A stretch of DNA of 64,000 nucleotides from an uncultured Verrucomicrobiae bacterium (GTDB lineage Bacteria > Verrucomicrobiota > Verrucomicrobiia > Chthoniobacterales > UBA10450), in assembly GCA_963726745.1 (NCBI GenBank), contig CAVSDR010000002.1, positions 256,001-320,000 on the forward strand. The letters run 5' to 3'. Each line of letters opens with the position of its first letter. The first letter of the stretch is position 1. Positions 63,202 to 64,000 of the stretch are shown one piece after another. The translations under genes and the position numbers were made by a program. Below the pieces are notes generated by a model. That model ran no database searches, was not told the DNA's origin, and saw only the letters and a program-made list of their open reading frames with translations.

Positions 63202-64000
63202 ATGGAATCGAAACTCTTTGCTCCGCTCCGCCTGCGCGACGTCACCCTGCCCAATCGCATCGGCGTTTCGCCGATGTGCCAGTATTCCAGCCAGGACGGC
63301 TTCGCGAACGACTGGCATCTCGTCCATCTCGGCGCGCGTGCGGTCGGCGGTGCGGGTTTGATTCTGAGCGAAGCCGCGGCGGTCACGCCGGAAGGCCGGA
63401 TCAGCCCGCAGGATCTCGGGATTTGGAAAGACGAGCACGTCGAAATGCTCGCGCGCATCTTCCGTTTTCTTTCCGCCAATGGCTCGATTCCCGGCGTGCA
63501 ACTGGCCCACGCGGGACGCAAGGCAAGCACCTCTCCGCCGTGGAGCGGCGGCGAGGCGGTGAGCGAGGAAGACGGCGGTTGGCGGCCGATCTTTGCGCCG
63601 AGCGCGCTCCCGTTTGCCGAGGGCGACATCGTCCCGGAAGCGCTCGACCAGGCCGGGATCGCGCGAGTGGTCACGGCTTTCGCCGATGGCGCTCGGCGCG
63701 CCCTCCAGGCCGGTGCGCAGGTGGTCGAGGTCCATGCCGCGCATGGCTACTTGATCCACGAGTTTCTCTCGCCCTTGAGCAATCGGCGCACGGATGAATA
63801 TGGCGGCTCGTTAGGCAACCGCATGCGCCTGGCGCGCGAGGTCGTCGAGGCCGTGCGGCGGGTGTGGCCGGAGCATCTCCCGCTCTTCGTCCGCATCTCG
63901 GCGACCGACTGGGCCGAGGGCGGCTGGGACATCGATCAATCCGTCGCGCTCGCGCAGGAACTGAAGCCGCTCGGCGTGGACCTGATCGATTGCTCGACCG
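63202..64000 (+). CDS. NADH:flavin oxidoreductase (old yellow enzyme, YqjM/NamA-like), 3' truncated by the window
   Basis: NRIGVSPMCQYS, EGRISP.DLGIW, QLAHAGRKAS, HAAHGYL.HEFLSP.SN.RTD.YGGS. Confidence 0.92.
   Translation, partial: MESKLFAPLRLRDVTLPNRIGVSPMCQYSSQDGFANDWHLVHLGARAVGGAGLILSEAAAVTPEGRISPQDLGIWKDEHVEMLARIFRFLSANGSIPGVQLAHAGRKASTSPPWSGGEAVSEEDGGWRPIFAPSALPFAEGDIVPEALDQAGIARVVTAFADGARRALQAGAQVVEVHAAHGYLIHEFLSPLSNRRTDEYGGSLGNRMRLAREVVEAVRRVWPEHLPLFVRISATDWAEGGWDIDQSVALAQELKPLGVDLIDCST

Overview
A GC-rich (roughly 65% by eye) bacterial chromosomal segment, most likely Verrucomicrobiota (Chthoniobacterales-like), judged from protein styles and PEP-CTERM-like tails. It is mainly housekeeping and metabolic genes (korAB, proBA, pfkA-ppk2-ldhA, pdxJ-acpS, metG, folC-accD, bioA-tlyA-nadK, lysC, thrC, dinB) plus tRNA-Asn, initiator tRNA-Met, a VapC-type TA module and several secreted proteins. 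Many genes, including essential metG, carry single-base frameshifts, best read as long-read or assembly indels. The most unusual signals are: (1) two strongly over-represented non-palindromic motifs sharing a CTAA core (CTAACGA, 44 copies by hand count; GYYGRCTAA, about 30 copies), which force rare codons inside genes and sit at most convergent gene junctions; (2) a tRNA-like RNA at 49355-49456 with a near-consensus promoter and a 31-nt hairpin-containing anticodon loop; (3) an arsM-like / aquaglyceroporin / PiT / arsS operon; (4) a single-chain E1alpha-E1beta-lipoyl-E2 2-oxoacid dehydrogenase; (5) a chorismate mutase-prephenate dehydratase-DAHP synthase fusion. No CRISPR array, rRNA, integrase or transposase was seen. 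All counts and alignments are manual.
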